Source: Squalus acanthias
Taxonomy: Eukaryota
Length of the DNA stretch: 64,000 bases
Assembly: GCA_030390025.1 (NCBI GenBank)
Contig: CM059432.1
Span: 79,424,001 to 79,488,000 of the forward strand
Direction of reading: 5' to 3'
Part shown: positions 50,840-64,000 of the stretch, in pieces
Layout of the letters: the number at the start of each line of letters is the position of its first letter
Position numbering within the stretch: position 1 is the stretch's first letter
Position numbers and translations under genes: made by a program
The notes under the pieces: model-generated
Database searches by the model: none
What the model saw: only the letters and a program-made list of their open reading frames with translations
What the model was told of the DNA's origin: nothing

Positions 50840-53800
50840 GGGGGAAAACTTTCCACTGGCTGGAGTCATACCTAGCACAAAGGAAGATGGTTGTGGTTGT
50901 TGGAGGTCAATCATCACAGCCCCAAAATATCGCTGCAGGAGTTCCTGAGGGCAGTGTCCTAGGCCCAACCATCTTCAGCTGCTTCATCAATGACCTTCCC
51001 TCCAACATAAGGTCAGAAGTGGGGATGGTCGCTGATGATTGCAGAGTGTTCAGTTCCATTCACAACTCCTCAGATAATGAACCAGTCCGTGCCCGCATGC
51101 AGCAAGACCTGGACAACAGGAAGGAACTGTACTGTTGGGACGGGCTCCACTTGAACCGGTCTGGGACCAGGGTCCTAGCGGAAAGGATAAATAGGCAGTC
51201 ACAAGGACTTTAAACTAATAAATGGAGGGGAGGGCTCAGGGGAAATTACAATACAAATAGTACAAATAGTAGCTCAAAAACAAATGAAAGGGAAGAGAGT
51301 AGAGTAGCAGTCAGAAATTGTACTTTAGGCACTACAGGTAAAGGGAAAACTAAAGGCGATTAAACCAGGAGAGAGAAATAAGAAACATGTGAATAAAGCA
51401 TCAGAGCTGAAGGACAGGCTAGGGTGTGTGGCCCAAATAAGCATTCTTTATACAAGCGCACAGAGTATAAGAAATAAATTGAATGAACTGCAGGCACAAA
51501 TTCAAATTAGAGGGTATGACATGGTTACCATTACTGAGACATAGCTGCAGGACAATCAGGACTGGGAACTAAATATACCAGGTTATAAGGTTTACAGGAC
51601 AGATAGGGAAAATGGCAGAGGGGGAGGAGTAGCCTTAGTGATTAGGGATGAAATCACTTCAATGATAAGAGAGGATTTAAAGAGAGGTAAAAAGCCAGTG
51701 GAGACCTTATGGGTTGAATTAAGAAATAGGAAAGGATCTAAGACTGTAGTGGGAGTTGTGTATAGACCCCCTGGTAGCAGCTCTGAAGTGCTAGATTGCA
51801 TAAATGCAGAGATTAGACAAGCGTGTAGTAAAGGCAGAGTGGTTTTAATGGGGGATTTTAACTTTCATATAGATTGAGAAAAGCAGACTAGTGCCTGTCA
51901 GAAAGGTAGTGAATTCCTTGAGTGTGTCCGGGATAGTTTTCTACAACAATATGTCCTAGAGGCAATAAGGGGGAAAGCCATATTAGATTTAGTAATAAGT
52001 AATGAGCCAGATTTTGTTATCAGCCTAACTGTGCGTAAACATTTATCCAATAGAGATCATAACATGATCGAGTTCAAAGTAGCGTTTGAAAGGGAGAAAC
52101 ACGAAACAACTTTAACAGGATGAGGCAGAAACTGTCCAAAGTAAACTGGGCAAATCTGTTAATGGGTAAAATGACAGAAGATCAGTGGGAGATGTTTAAA
52201 AAATGTAATGTGATACAGAACCAGTTTATACCCCTGAGGGGCAAGAGCTCTACTTGCCAAAAAAACAGCCATGGACAACTAAAGAGGTAAGGGACAGCAT
52301 AAAACTAAAGGAAAGGGCATACAAAAATGCAAAAAATAGCACAGATCCTGGTGAATGGGAAAGATACAAAGAACAGCAAAGGGACACAAAACAAATAGTA
52401 AGAGCAACAAAAATGGAGTATGAAAAGAAACTTGCAACGGATATCAAGATCAATACGAAGAATTTTTATAGTTATATTATGAAAAAGAGGGTGGTCAGGA
52501 GCAATGTTGGCCCCTTAGAAACTGAAAGTGGTGATATTGTCAATGACAATGGGGAAATGGCAGACATGTTGAATAATTACTTTGTGTCAGTATTTACAGT
52601 AGAAGAAGAGGATAGTATGCCAGAAATCCCAAAGAAACTAACATTGAATCGGGGACAGGGACTCAATAAAATTAACGTAGGTAAAATAACACTAATAAAG
52701 AAAATAATGGCACGAAGGAGTGACAAATCCCCAGGGCCAGATGGTTTTCATCCCAGGGATTTAAAGGAAGTAGGTGAGCACATTGCAGATGCCCTAACTA
52801 TAATCTTACAAAGTTCTCTAGATTCAGGAACCGTCCCTTTAGATTGGAAAATTGTGCATGTCACTCCGCTTTCTAAGAACGGCGAGAGAGGGAAACAAGG
52901 GAATTATAGACCAGTTAGCCTAAAATCTGTTGTGGGGAAATTGCTAGAGTCTATAATTAAGGATAGGGTGACTGAACACCTCGAAAATTTTCAGTTGATC
53001 AGAGAGAGCCAGCATGGATTTGTGAAAGGTAGGTCATGCCTGACAAATCTGATTGAATTTTTTGAAGAGGTGACTAAACTAGTGGACAGGGAAATGTCTA
53101 TGGATGTTATTTATATGGACTTCAAAAAGGCATTTGATAAAGTCCCTCATAAGAGACTGTTGTCTAAGGTAGAAGCCCACAAAGTTGGGGGCAAATTATT
53201 GACCTGGTTAGGAAATTGGCTGAGCGGCAGGAGACAGAGAGTAGGGATAATGGGTAGGTACTCAAATTGGCAGAATGTGACTAGTGGTGTCCCGCAGGGA
53301 TCTGTGTTGGGGCCTCAACCATTCACAATATTTATTAACGACTTAGATGATGGCATAGAAAGTCATATATCCAAATTTGCCGATGACACAAAGATAGGTG
53401 GCAATGAAGGCAGCGTAGATGAAAGCATAAAATTACAAAGGGATATTGATAAATTAAGTGAATGGGCAAAACTGTGGCAAATGGATTTCAATGTAAGCAA
53501 ATGCAAGGTCATCCACTTTGGACCTAAAAAGGATAGAACAGGGTACTTTCTAAATGGTAAAAAGCTAAAAACAGTGGATGTCCAAAGAGACTTGGGGGTT
53601 CAGGTAAATAGATCATTAAAATGTCATGAACAGGAACAGGAACAGAAAGTAATCAAAAAGGCTAATGGAATGCTAGCCTTTATATCTAGAGGACTAGAGT
53701 ATAAGGGGGCAGAAGTTATACTGCAGCTATACAAAACCCTGGTTAGACCACACCTGAAGTACTGTGAACAGTTCTGGGCACCACACCTTAGGAAGGATAT

Positions 53801-55127
53801 ATTGGGCTTGGTGGGAGTGCAGCGTAGGTCTACCAGAATGATACTCGGACTTCAAGGGTTAAGTTACGAGGAGAGATTACACAAATTAGGGTTGTATTTC
53901 CCAGAATTTAGAAGGTTAAGGGGTGATCTGATCGAAGTTTTCAGGATATTAAGGGGAACAGATAGGGTAGATAGACAGAAACTATTTCCGCTGGTTGGGG
54001 ATTCTATGACTAGGGGGCATAGTCTAAAAATTAGAGCCAGACTGTTCAGGAGTGAAATTAGGAAACACATCTACACACAAAGAGTGGTAGAAGTTTGGTA
54101 CTCTCGTCCACAAATGGCAATTGATGCTAGATCAATTGTTAATTTTAAATTGGAGATTGATAACTTTTTGTTAACCAAAGGTATTAAGGGATATGGGCCA
54201 AAGGCAGGTATATGAAGTTAGATTGCAGATCAGACATGATCTCATCGAGTGGCGGAACAGGCTCGAGGGGCTGAATCGTCTACTCCTGTTCCTGTGTTTC
54301 TATGTTCCTAACATTCAGGCTTGGGCTGATAAGTGGCAAGTAACATTTGTAATACACAAGTGCCAGGCAATGACCATCGCCAATAAGAGAGAGTCTAGCC
54401 ACCGCCCCTTGACATTCAATGGGATTACCATCGCCAAATCACCCACCATCAACATCCTGGGGGTCATCATTGACCAGAATCTTAACTGGACCAGCCACAT
54501 AAATACTGTGACTACAAGTGCAGGTCAGAGGTTGGGTATTCTGCGGTGAGTCACTCACCTCCTGATTCCGCAAAGCCTTTTCACCATCTACAAGGTACAA
54601 GTCAAGAGTGTGATGGAATACTCTCCACTTGTCTGCATGAGTGCCGCTCCAACACTCAAGAAGCTCGACACCATCCAGGACAAAGCAACCCACTTGATTG
54701 GAACCCCATTCACCACCCTAAACATTCACGCCCTCCACTACCGGCGCACCGTGGCTGCAGTGTGTACCATCTACAAGATGCACTGCAGCAACTCGCCAAG
54801 GCTTCTTTGACAGCACCTCCCAAACCCGCGACCTCTACCACCTAGAAGGACAAGGGCAGCAGGCACATGGGAACACCACCACCTGCAAGTTCCCCTCCAA
54901 GTCACACACCATCCTGACTCGGAAATATATCACCGTTCCTTCATAGTCGCTGGGTCAAAATCCTGGAACTCCCTCCCTAACAGCACTATGGGAGTACCTT
55001 CACCTCACGGACTGCAGTGGTTCAAAAAGGCGGCTCACCACCACTTTCTCAAGGGGAATTAGGGATGGGCAATAAATGCTGGCCTTGCCAGCAACGCCCA
55101 CATCCCATGAACTAATTAAAAAAAAAT
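50840..55127 (+). mobile_element. Second LINE family (CR1 group, A-rich tail), pieces 50840-51118 and 54310-55127
   Basis: GVPEGSVLGPTIFSCFINDL..ADDC...MQQDLDN|IQAWADKWQVTF rejoins across the nested CR1; A-run at ~55119-55126. Confidence 0.85.
51119..54309 (+). mobile_element. CR1 LINE: ORF1 esterase tail + disrupted ORF2 (APE endonuclease + RT)
   Basis: WDGLHLNRSGTRVLA (SGNH-esterase DxxH); ITET, GVVYRPP, LMGDFN; ORF 52254..54215 RT with FADD; AACA duplicated at 51115-51118 and 54310-54313. Confidence 0.95.
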
Positions 55128-55129
55128 TT

Positions 55130-58100
55130 GAACACAAGGCCAGAGGAGATCCCAGGAAGAGAGCTTCATGGGCCAATTGAAAGGGATTCCACTCTATGAA
55201 TGTTCAAATTGCTCGTCACCAGCTGCAATGAATTCTTCATGTGAATGCTTGATTTGCTAGGCGCAGTCACAATGGATTTATCCTGAGGCAATCCAGTTTG
55301 TTATCTTTATTCAGGACAGACAAGTGACTGGACAGATTCTGTGCAACAAGGCATACCCTTCACTTCCATGACTCTACTTTGAGTGCCAGCTTCAACAGCT
55401 GAATATTGGTACAATGAGGAATATACATTCACCAGAGTGATTATCAAGAGGACTACTGTAGTTCTGGTTCTGGTGTATTGATAGATCAGGAGGGATACTG
55501 TAGAATGTTGATGAGCATGTCTCGTATTGTGTTTGCTTGTTGTACCTGACATACCTTGGGCATTCAAAAAGTTCTGAAACTAGAATTTCAGGAGGAAGAA
55601 GCCCTGGCTGCTGTGGTGGCAGAAGGACATGGAGGCCAACAGCAGGAAGATCTAGATTTGCAGGAGTCTACTATCCGGGCTGCCAGAGATATTCGTCAAC
55701 AAATTTTTAGTCACATATTCTCTTTGGTTCAACATCACTCTGCTGACTACACACTCATCGCAACATCTCTCCAGCGTTTATGGCTCCTCAAATCCTTTCA
55801 TATGAAAACATCTGTTTTTGGGATCTCACAAACCAATCATGCCACATCCCCTCAACAATACCTCACAGAGTAGCTCATTGAACAACACGGCCAATTTATA
55901 CATAAACATCTCTTCAATGATTGTTCTCAATGACACATTCTGTATTAATTCACTACTAGCTATCACCATGCTTCTCCTGGGTGCCTAGACATGCTTTCCT
56001 ATGACATATCCTAGTGCTTCTTCTAGATTCAAACTGAGGGCCAGTGTCATGAGAGATGGTTGGCTACACATGTGGACCATGCGCCTTTTGGGACTGTGGT
56101 GGCCATTGTCTCATGACAGCTGAGTCTTAGGAAGGACCCGCTCTGCATTAGGTCTGTGCTGCAGCTGTCTGGGGAGGCAGGCTTTGACTCCTATTTGCTA
56201 CTTGAGTAGGCTCTGAGGGGATTGATGGGAGAGATGGCATGTGCTGCTATCCTGAGAGAGAGCTGCATCATGTTGGAGGACTCCAGCTATGCTGGGCTCA
56301 GAGGGCAGATGGCCACTTATCAATGGAAAGGCTGTTCTAATGGCTTCCACATGATGCAGAAAGCCCCAAGGATGGATCACTTACAACTCGACCTTAAGTG
56401 TTTGAAACCTGGAAGGCAAGTGCTCTCTTGTCTATCCCCACCCCACCCCACCCCTCTCCCAGCCTCAAGGGCTACAGTCTGCTTCTGATGAGGAGACACC
56501 GACTTGTCCTAGGCGACGCCTGCAGGGCAGACAGCAGTAGATTGCAATTAATATAATACATACTCCATTGATATCTGCAATAGAAATTATTCTTCCATGA
56601 TGTTACTATACATGATCATCTGCGCATCTTGGGAGATGCCTCCACATAGGTGTGATGGTTGTCGAATATCCTTTTTTTCAGAGCAGGACCCATGCAATTG
56701 GAGTTCACTGACTCCTTAGCCAAGGGTAGCAGTCTCTGCAGCCTATATTCAGGAATGGCAGAGTCCTCTTCCACTCCTCGGCTCCCTTGTGCTCTATGAC
56801 TTTCCCAGTGCTAATTACTCATTCCTACTAACTTTCTCTCCTTGGATGAATGTAAGAACATAAGAAATAGGAGCAGAAGTAGGCCATTTGGCCCTTCGAG
56901 CCTGCTCTGCCATTCAATAAGATCATGGCTGATCTTCTACCTCATCTCCACTTTCCTGAACTATCCCCATATTCCTTAATATTCAAAAATCTATCGATCT
57001 CGGTCTTGAATATACTCAATGACTGAGTCTCTACAACCCTCTGGGGTAGAGAATTCCAAAGATTCACCACCCTCTGTGTGAAGAAATTTCTCCTCATCTC
57101 AGTCCTAAATGGCCGACTCCTTATTCTGAGACTGTGACCCCTGGTTCTAGACTCCCCAGCCAGGGGAAACATCCTCCCTGCATCTACCCTGTCAAGCCCT
57201 GTAAGAATTTTGTATGTTTCAATGAGATCACCTCTCATTCTTCTAAACTCTAGAGAATATAGGCCTAGTCTACTCAATCTCTCCTCATAGGACAATCCCC
57301 CCATCCCAGGAACCAGTCTGGTGAACCTTCGTTGCACTCCCTCTATGTCAAGTATATCCTTCCTTAGGTAAGGAGACCAAAACTGTACACAATAGTCCAG
57401 GTGTGGTCTCACCAGGGCCCTATATAACTGCAGCAAGATGTCTTTACTCTTATACTCAAATCCTCTTGTAATAAAGGCCAACATACCATTTGCTTTCCGA
57501 ATTGCTTGCTGTACCTGCATGTTAACTTTCAGTGATTCGTGTACATGGACACCCAGGTTCCTCTGAACACCAACATTCCCCAATCTCTCACCATTTAGAA
57601 AATACTCTGCTTTTCTATTTTTCCTGCCAAAGTGGATAAGTTCACATTTCTCTACCTTATATTCCAGTTGCACATTCTTGCCCACTCAGTTAGCCTGTCT
57701 ATATCCCCTTGAAGCCTCCTTACAACTTACATTCCTACCCAGCTTTGTATCATCAGCAAACTTGGATATATTACATTTGGTCCCCTCATCCAAATCATTG
57801 ACGTAGATTGTGAATAGCTGAGGCCCAAGCACTGATCCTTGTGGTACACTAGTTACAGCCTGCCAACCCGAAAATGACCCGTTTATTCCTACTCTCTGTT
57901 TTCTGTCCGTTAACCAATCCTCAATCCATGCTAGTATATTACCCCCAATCCCATGAGCCCTAATTTTGTTTAATAACCTCTTGTGTGACACCTTATCAAA
58001 TGCCTCCTGAAAATCCAAATATACCACATCCACTGGTTCCCCCTTATCTATTCTGCTAGTTACAACCTCAAAAAACTCGAACAGATTCGTCAAACACGAT

Positions 58101-59760
58101 TTCCCTTTCATAAATCCGTGTTGACTCTGCCCAATTCTATTATTATTTTCTAAGTGCCCTGTTACCACGTCGTTAATAATAGATTGTGGCATTTTCCCTA
58201 CTACTCATGTCAGGCTAACTGGTCTGTAGTTCCCCGTTTTCTCTCTCCCTCCTTTCTTAAATAGTGGGGTTACATTGGCGACCTTCCAATCCGCGGGAAC
58301 CGTTCTAGAATCTATGGAATTTTGGAAAATGACAACCAAGGCATGCACTATCTCTATAGCCAACTCTTTTATGTTTATGAAATGGTGAGTGTGAAAGGGA
58401 AGATGAGTGATACAGGGGGTGAAAGAGAGGGGCTGCGGCCAGAAGCTGCAGGACCAGTGTCATCAGTTTCCCTGTGCTGTGACTGATCTGCAGAAGAGGA
58501 GGAAAGGAGCTAAAAATGGGCGCGTATCACGGAAAGAGAAGAATAAGATAGACAGTAATCTTCTGGAGTTTTTGCCTGTTGGGAACACTGAACTCCTGCA
58601 GCAGGTGCTGGCAACACTTTACACACAGTCATCTACTGCTGGCACAGACCCACCTACCTCCCCAATTGCTCCTTAGCATCTGTATTGCTTACTCCTCATA
58701 AGGAGTGTGCTGCCTAAAGTCAGGGATTTACCCCACCCCATTTTCTGCTGCAGAAAGTGCAACGTTGGTGAAGGTCGGTATCTGAATGATATCACCCAGG
58801 TACCAGCAGGCAGCTGATGTTACAGTGAGGACAAGTGCTAGAAGGACCCTGTAGCATGAGGTTGGAGTTGTAAGGAGCTGCAAGCACGAAAGGATTGTAC
58901 GTGGAGTTCCAAATTCAAGTTCCAGAGTTAGATAACCAAAGATCCAAAGTGTGCTGTGCATGATGATTTAGCATTCCACTGAAGAAGTGAGGGCGAGTAG
59001 TGGATGGGGATTTGTGGTGCCAAAGTGAATAGGGGAAGGTGGCAGTTCTCAATTTGCCTGCTCTCAAGAAATAATTCAACTTCTTCTAGAACTAGTCTAC
59101 AGTCCTGGGTGTGAGAGAGATGGCACTCAGACCCACTGCCACCTCCATCCACATGGTTCTTGTAACTCCCTTTACTGGCTTCCTTCTTTGACCACTCAAC
59201 TAAACATTCCCTTCACATCCCCATCTGCTTCATTAGCACCTCCAGGTCGGCATCTGAGAAATTATGTGCTCTGCATATTGGTCTTTTTGCTGCGAGAAAA
59301 CTAGTTGGGGCTGCTGGCACTTGTGATGAAGCTGCCATGAAATCTTGGGCACATGGAAATACTGCCGCCTCTTCGGAAACTCTTCTTACAATAGACCAAA
59401 GAAAGTGAAATAAGTAAACAGTGGAAATTCAAATTGTGCCAAATGTTGCTGGGAAAATCACTTACCTACTTTCCCTCCATAAAACAGCTGCCACTTTATT
59501 TGCTGAAGGCTTTTTTATCCTCCAGCAACAAGTTTTCACATTTCCCACCCTTATGTAATTCTCCCATAAAACTCAGGAGTAGCACTCCCAGCCTGTTCAA
59601 GAATATATGAAGGAACTGACCCCATAAATTGCGATATGGTCAGCATCACATGACCAGTGGGCGCAAGTTCCACCCCTCAGCAGTTCCAATGTCTTATTGA
59701 GAGGGCGTCTATTGAGAGGGTGCTGCAATAAACAATATCAGTGGAAATTAGTAATTACCA
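55130..59760 (+). mobile_element. Highly decayed Harbinger-like relic split by CR1
   Basis: ILCNKAYP (cf. LLxDKGYP), YNEE..TRVIIKRT-like and AARDIRQQI at 55330-55720 resemble the transposase end at 29820-30260; extent beyond ~55750 is a guess. Confidence 0.45.
56853..58370 (-). mobile_element. CR1 LINE 3' half (RT)
   Basis: ORFs 56942..57685 and 57686..58192; ACATAAGA tail at the left end. Confidence 0.95.
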
Positions 59761-59774
59761 GGGCAACAAAGTAA

Positions 59775-61765
59775 TAACTGAAATAAAAACAGAAAATGCT
59801 GGAAATACACAGCAGGTCAGGCAGCATCTGTGGAGAGAGAAACAGAGTTACCGTTTCAGGTCGATGACCTTTCGTCAGAACTGGAAAAAGTTAGAGATGT
59901 AACAGATTTTAAGCAAGTGCAGGGCAGGGAAAGGGGGGAGGGGAGGAAAGAACAAAAGGGAAGGTCTGTGATAGGGTGGAAGGCAGGAGAGATTAAATGA
60001 CTAAAGGTATGATTGTACAAAGCAAAAGGAGATGGTAATGGTACAAGTAAAGAAACAAAAGAAACGTCTAGAAGAGGTATAAATGGGAATGGCAGAATCA
60101 TCAACAGCTGCTATTTGAAAAAATAGGGGCAGAGCTTATGGGCTGAGGTTGTTGAACTCGATGTTGAATCCAGAAGTTGTAAAGTGCCCAATCGAAAGAT
60201 GAGGTGCTGTTCCTCGAGCTTACGTTGAGCTTCGTTGGAACAGTGTAAGAGGCTGAGGACCGAGAGGTCTGACTGGGAGTGGAGCGGAAAATTAAAGTGA
60301 CAGGCAACCGGAAGCTCGGGGTCACGCTTACAGACTGAACAGAGGTGTTCCGCAAAGCGGCCACCCAATCTGCGTTTGGTCTCCCCAATGTAGAGGAGAC
60401 TGAATCGTGAGCAGCAAACACAGTATACTAAATTGCAAGAAGTACAAGTAAATAGCTGTTTCACCGGGAAGGAGTGTTTGGGGCCCTGGACAGTGGGAAG
60501 GGAGGCGGTAAAAGGGCAGGTGTTGCATCTCCTGCGCTTGCACGGGAAGGTGCCGTGGGAAGGGGAGGTGTGTTGGGGGTGATTGAGGAGTGGACCAGGG
60601 TGTCGCGGAGGGAGCGGTCCCTTCGGAATGCTGAAAGGGGAGGGGAGGTGTGTTTGGTGGTGGGATCACGCTGGAGGTGGCGGAAATGGCGGATGATGAT
60701 CCGTTGAATGTGGAGTCTGGTGGGGTGAAAGGTGAGGACAAGGGGAACCCTATCGTGCTTCTGGGAAGGAGGGGAAGGGGCGAGATCAGAAGTGCGAGAA
60801 GTGGAACGGACACGTTCGAGGGCCATGTCAACCACGGTAGAGGGGAATCCTCGGTTGAGGAAAAAAAGGAAGACATATCCAGGTAGCTTATGGTGGATGT
60901 TTGTCGAAGGTCTGTCCCCAGAAATGGAGACAGAGAAGTCGAGGAAGGGAAGGGAAGAGTCAGAGATGGACCATGTGAAGGTGAGGGAAGGGTGGAAATT
61001 GGAAGCAAAGTGAATGAAATTTTCTAGTTCAGGGCGAGAGCAGGAAACGGCACCGATACAGTCATCAATGCACTGGAAAAAGAGGTGAGGGAGGGGACCT
61101 GAGTAGGACTGGAACAAAGAATATTTCACGAAAAGGCAGGCACAGCTAGGACCCATGTGGGTTCCCATTGCAACACCTTTAATTTGGAGGAAGTGAGTGG
61201 AGTCAAAGGAGAAGTTGTTCAATGTGAGAACAAGTTTAGCCAGACAGAGGAGGGTGGTGGTGGACAGCCCGCTTCTATCTCCTTCCCAAGATCCACAAAC
61301 AGGCCTGCCCTGGTAGACCCATCGTTTCAGCCTGTTCTTGTCCCACAGAACTGATTTCTTCCTATCTCGACTCTATTTTTTCTCCCCTTGTGCAGTCTCT
61401 TCCCACCTACATCGGACGCCCTCTGCCACTTTAACAGTTTCCAGTTTCCTGGCCCCAACCATCTCCTTTTCACTATGAACGTTCAATCGCTCTACACCCC
61501 CATCCCCCACCAGGACATCCTGAGGGCGTTCCGGTTCTTCCTTGAACAGAGACCCAACCAGTCCCAATCCACCACTAACCTCCCCTTGTCACCAGCCTCC
61601 ACATTCAATGGATCATCCTCCGCCATTTCCGTCACCTCCAGCGTGATCCCACCACCAAACACATCTTCCCCTCCCCTCACCTTTCAGCATTCCAAAGGGA
61701 TCATTCCCTCCAAGACACCCCCAACACCGCCTACTCTTCCCATGGCACCTTCCCATGCAAGCGCT
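59775..61765 (-). mobile_element. Rearranged Penelope-like element (minus 59775-61264; inverted plus pieces 61265-61575 and 61576-61765)
   Basis: pLTR with hammerhead motif (59846-59882), GIY-YIG, GVAMGT; inverted piece encodes [30 protein letters not shown]. Confidence 0.9.
59846..59882 (-). ncRNA. Hammerhead motif copy, cleavage-site variant
   Basis: AGTT-CTGACGA-AAGGTCATCGACCT-GAAACGGT-AACT (GTT changed to GGT). Confidence 0.6.
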
Positions 61766-64000
61766 GAGAGAGTTTGAGCAGCTAGGGACTAAATTAAAAA
61801 GCAGAACCACAAAGGTCATAGTCTCTGGATTATTATCGGAGCCAGGAGCAAATTGGCATAGGGTCAATAGGATCAGGGAGATGAATGTGTGTCTCAAAGA
61901 TTGGTGTGGGAGAAGTGGGTTTTGATTCGTGGGGCACTGGCACCAGTACTGGGGAAAGAGAGAGCTGTTCCGTTGGGATGGACTACACCTGAATCATGCT
62001 GGGACCAGAGTTCTAGCGAATCGAATAACTAGGGAGATAGATAGGGCTTTAATCTAAATAAGGGGGGTGGGGGGGTGGTCCTGGTGGAGAGAAATCTAGA
62101 ATGCTAAAGAGAAAAGACAAGGAAGCAGTGCATGAAAGTGATTGGGGTAAGGATAACCAGATTGTGTCAGGAAGGGACAGAGCATACAAACAAAAGAGTG
62201 CACTAACAAATAGGGTCTGGGTAACAAAAAATGGTAATAAGACAAATAGGGCTACAGTACAAAAAAAATGTTAAGATGTCTAAAAATGTTAAAAAGACAA
62301 ATCTAAAGGCATCATATCTGAATGCACGAAGCATTCGTAATAAGGCAGACGAATTAACAGCGCAAATAGCTGTAAACGGATATGATATAATTGCGATTAC
62401 GGAGACATGGCTGCAGGGTGACCAAGGCTGGGAGCTGAATATCCAAGGATATTCGATATTTAGGAAGGACAGGCACAAAGGAAAAGGAGGTGGGGTGGCG
62501 TTGTTAGTAAAGGATGAAATCAGAGCAATAGTGAGAAAGGATATTGGCTCAGAAAATCAAGATGTAGAATCAGTCTGGGTGGAGCTAAGAAGCACCAAAG
62601 GGCAGAAAACATTGGTGGGAGTTGTCTACAAGCCTCCAAACAGTAGTGGTAATGTATGGGAAGGCATCAAACAGGAAATTAGAGATGCATGTAACAAGGG
62701 TACTACAGTAATCATGGGTGACTTTAATCGACATATAGACTGGCCAAACCAAATTAGCAATAATACTGTGGAGGATGAATTCCTGGAGTGTGTACGAGAT
62801 CTTTTTTTAGACCAGTATGTTGAGGAGCCAACTAGGGAACAGGCTATCCTAGATTGGGTATTGTGCAATGAGAAGGGGTTAATTAATAATCTTGTTGTGC
62901 GGGGTCCTTTAGGGAAGAGTGACCATAACATGATAGAATTCTTCATTAAGGTGGAAAGTGAAGAAGTCAAATCCAAATCTAGGGTCCTAAATCTAAACAA
63001 AGGAAACTACGATGGTATGAGGAGTGAGTTGGCTATGATACATTGGGGAGCTTCATTAAAATGCATGACGGTGGATAGGCAATGGTTAACATTTAAGGAA
63101 CGAATACATGAATTGCAACAGTTATACATTCCTTTCTGGTGCAAAAACACAAAAGGAAAAGCAGCCCAACCATGGCTAACAAAAGAAATTAAGAATAGTA
63201 TTAGATCCAAAGAGGAATCATATAAAGTTGCCAGAAAAAGTAGCAAGCCTGAGGATTGGGAGCAGTTTAGAGTTCAGCAAAAAGGACCAAGAGATTGATT
63301 AAGAGGGGATAAATAGAGTAAGAGAGCAAACTTGCAAGGAACATAAAAGCGGACCGTAAAAGCTTCTACAAGTATGTAAAAAGATAAAGATTAGAGAAGA
63401 CAAATGTAGGTCCCTTACAGTCAGAAACGGGAGAATTTATAATGGGGAACAAGGAAATGGAGATCAATTAAACAAATACTTTGGTTCTGTCTTCATGGAA
63501 GAGGACACAAATAACTTCCCAGAAATGCTAGGGAACCAAGGGTCTAGTGAGAAGGAGGAATTAAAGGAAATTGTTATTAGTAAAAAAAATAGTGCTGGAG
63601 AAATTAATGGGACTGAAAGCTGATAAATTCCCAGGGCCTGATAATCTGCTTTCCAAAGTACTAAAAGAGGTAGCCATGGAAATAGTGGATGCATTGGTTG
63701 TCATCTTCCAAAATTCTATAGATTATGGAACAGTTCCTGCAGATTGGAGGGTAGCAAATGTAACCCCACTTGGAGGGTAGCAAATGTAACCCTACTATTT
63801 AAAAAAGGAGGGAGAGAGAAAACAGGGAACTACAGACCGGTTAGCCTAACATCAATAGTAGGGAAAATGCTAGAGTCTATTATAAAGGATGTGATAACAG
63901 GACACTTAGAAAATATCAACGGGATTAGACAAAGTCAACATGGATTTATGAAAGGGAAATCGTGTTTGACAAACCTACTGGAGTTTTTTGAGGATGTAAC
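61766..64000 (+). mobile_element. CR1 LINE: ORF1 esterase C-terminus, ORF2 endonuclease and start of RT (runs off window)
   Basis: VSGLL...WDGLHLNHAGTRVLA; ORF 62231..63298 YLNARSI, IAITETW, VIMGDFN, SDHNMI; RT disrupted, including a 26-bp tandem duplication at 63744-63795. Confidence 0.95.

Overview
Vertebrate genomic DNA, very probably a cartilaginous fish (shark/ray). This is inferred from HE1-like V-SINE, Deu-SINE, HER1-like CR1 LINEs and Neptune-like Penelope elements. One host protein-coding gene is clearly present: the 3-exon bHLH gene TCF24 on the minus strand (40773..37479). It sits in a ~12 kb island that is nearly free of transposons and retains CpG. A CpG-island promoter with a 5'TOP-like start at ~4969 (minus) lies where the snoRNA host gene SNHG6 is expected by synteny. 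A ~7.7 kb 39/40-bp satellite, split by a CR1 insertion, abuts that promoter. The rest is nested mobile DNA: many CR1 and L2 LINE fragments, a DIRS relic, a probable solo LTR, a near-complete two-gene Harbinger transposon with several related TIR/3-bp-TSD elements, and Penelope-like (RT + GIY-YIG) elements. The most unusual system is the Penelope family. It includes a 3.6 kb inverted-arm insertion with a 17-bp TSD, four copies of a minimal hammerhead ribozyme motif (one a ~100-bp stand-alone insertion with its own TSD), and a rearrangement breakpoint that recurs at the same RT position in two elements. No CRISPR array or prokaryotic system is present. Family names are by recognition, not database search.
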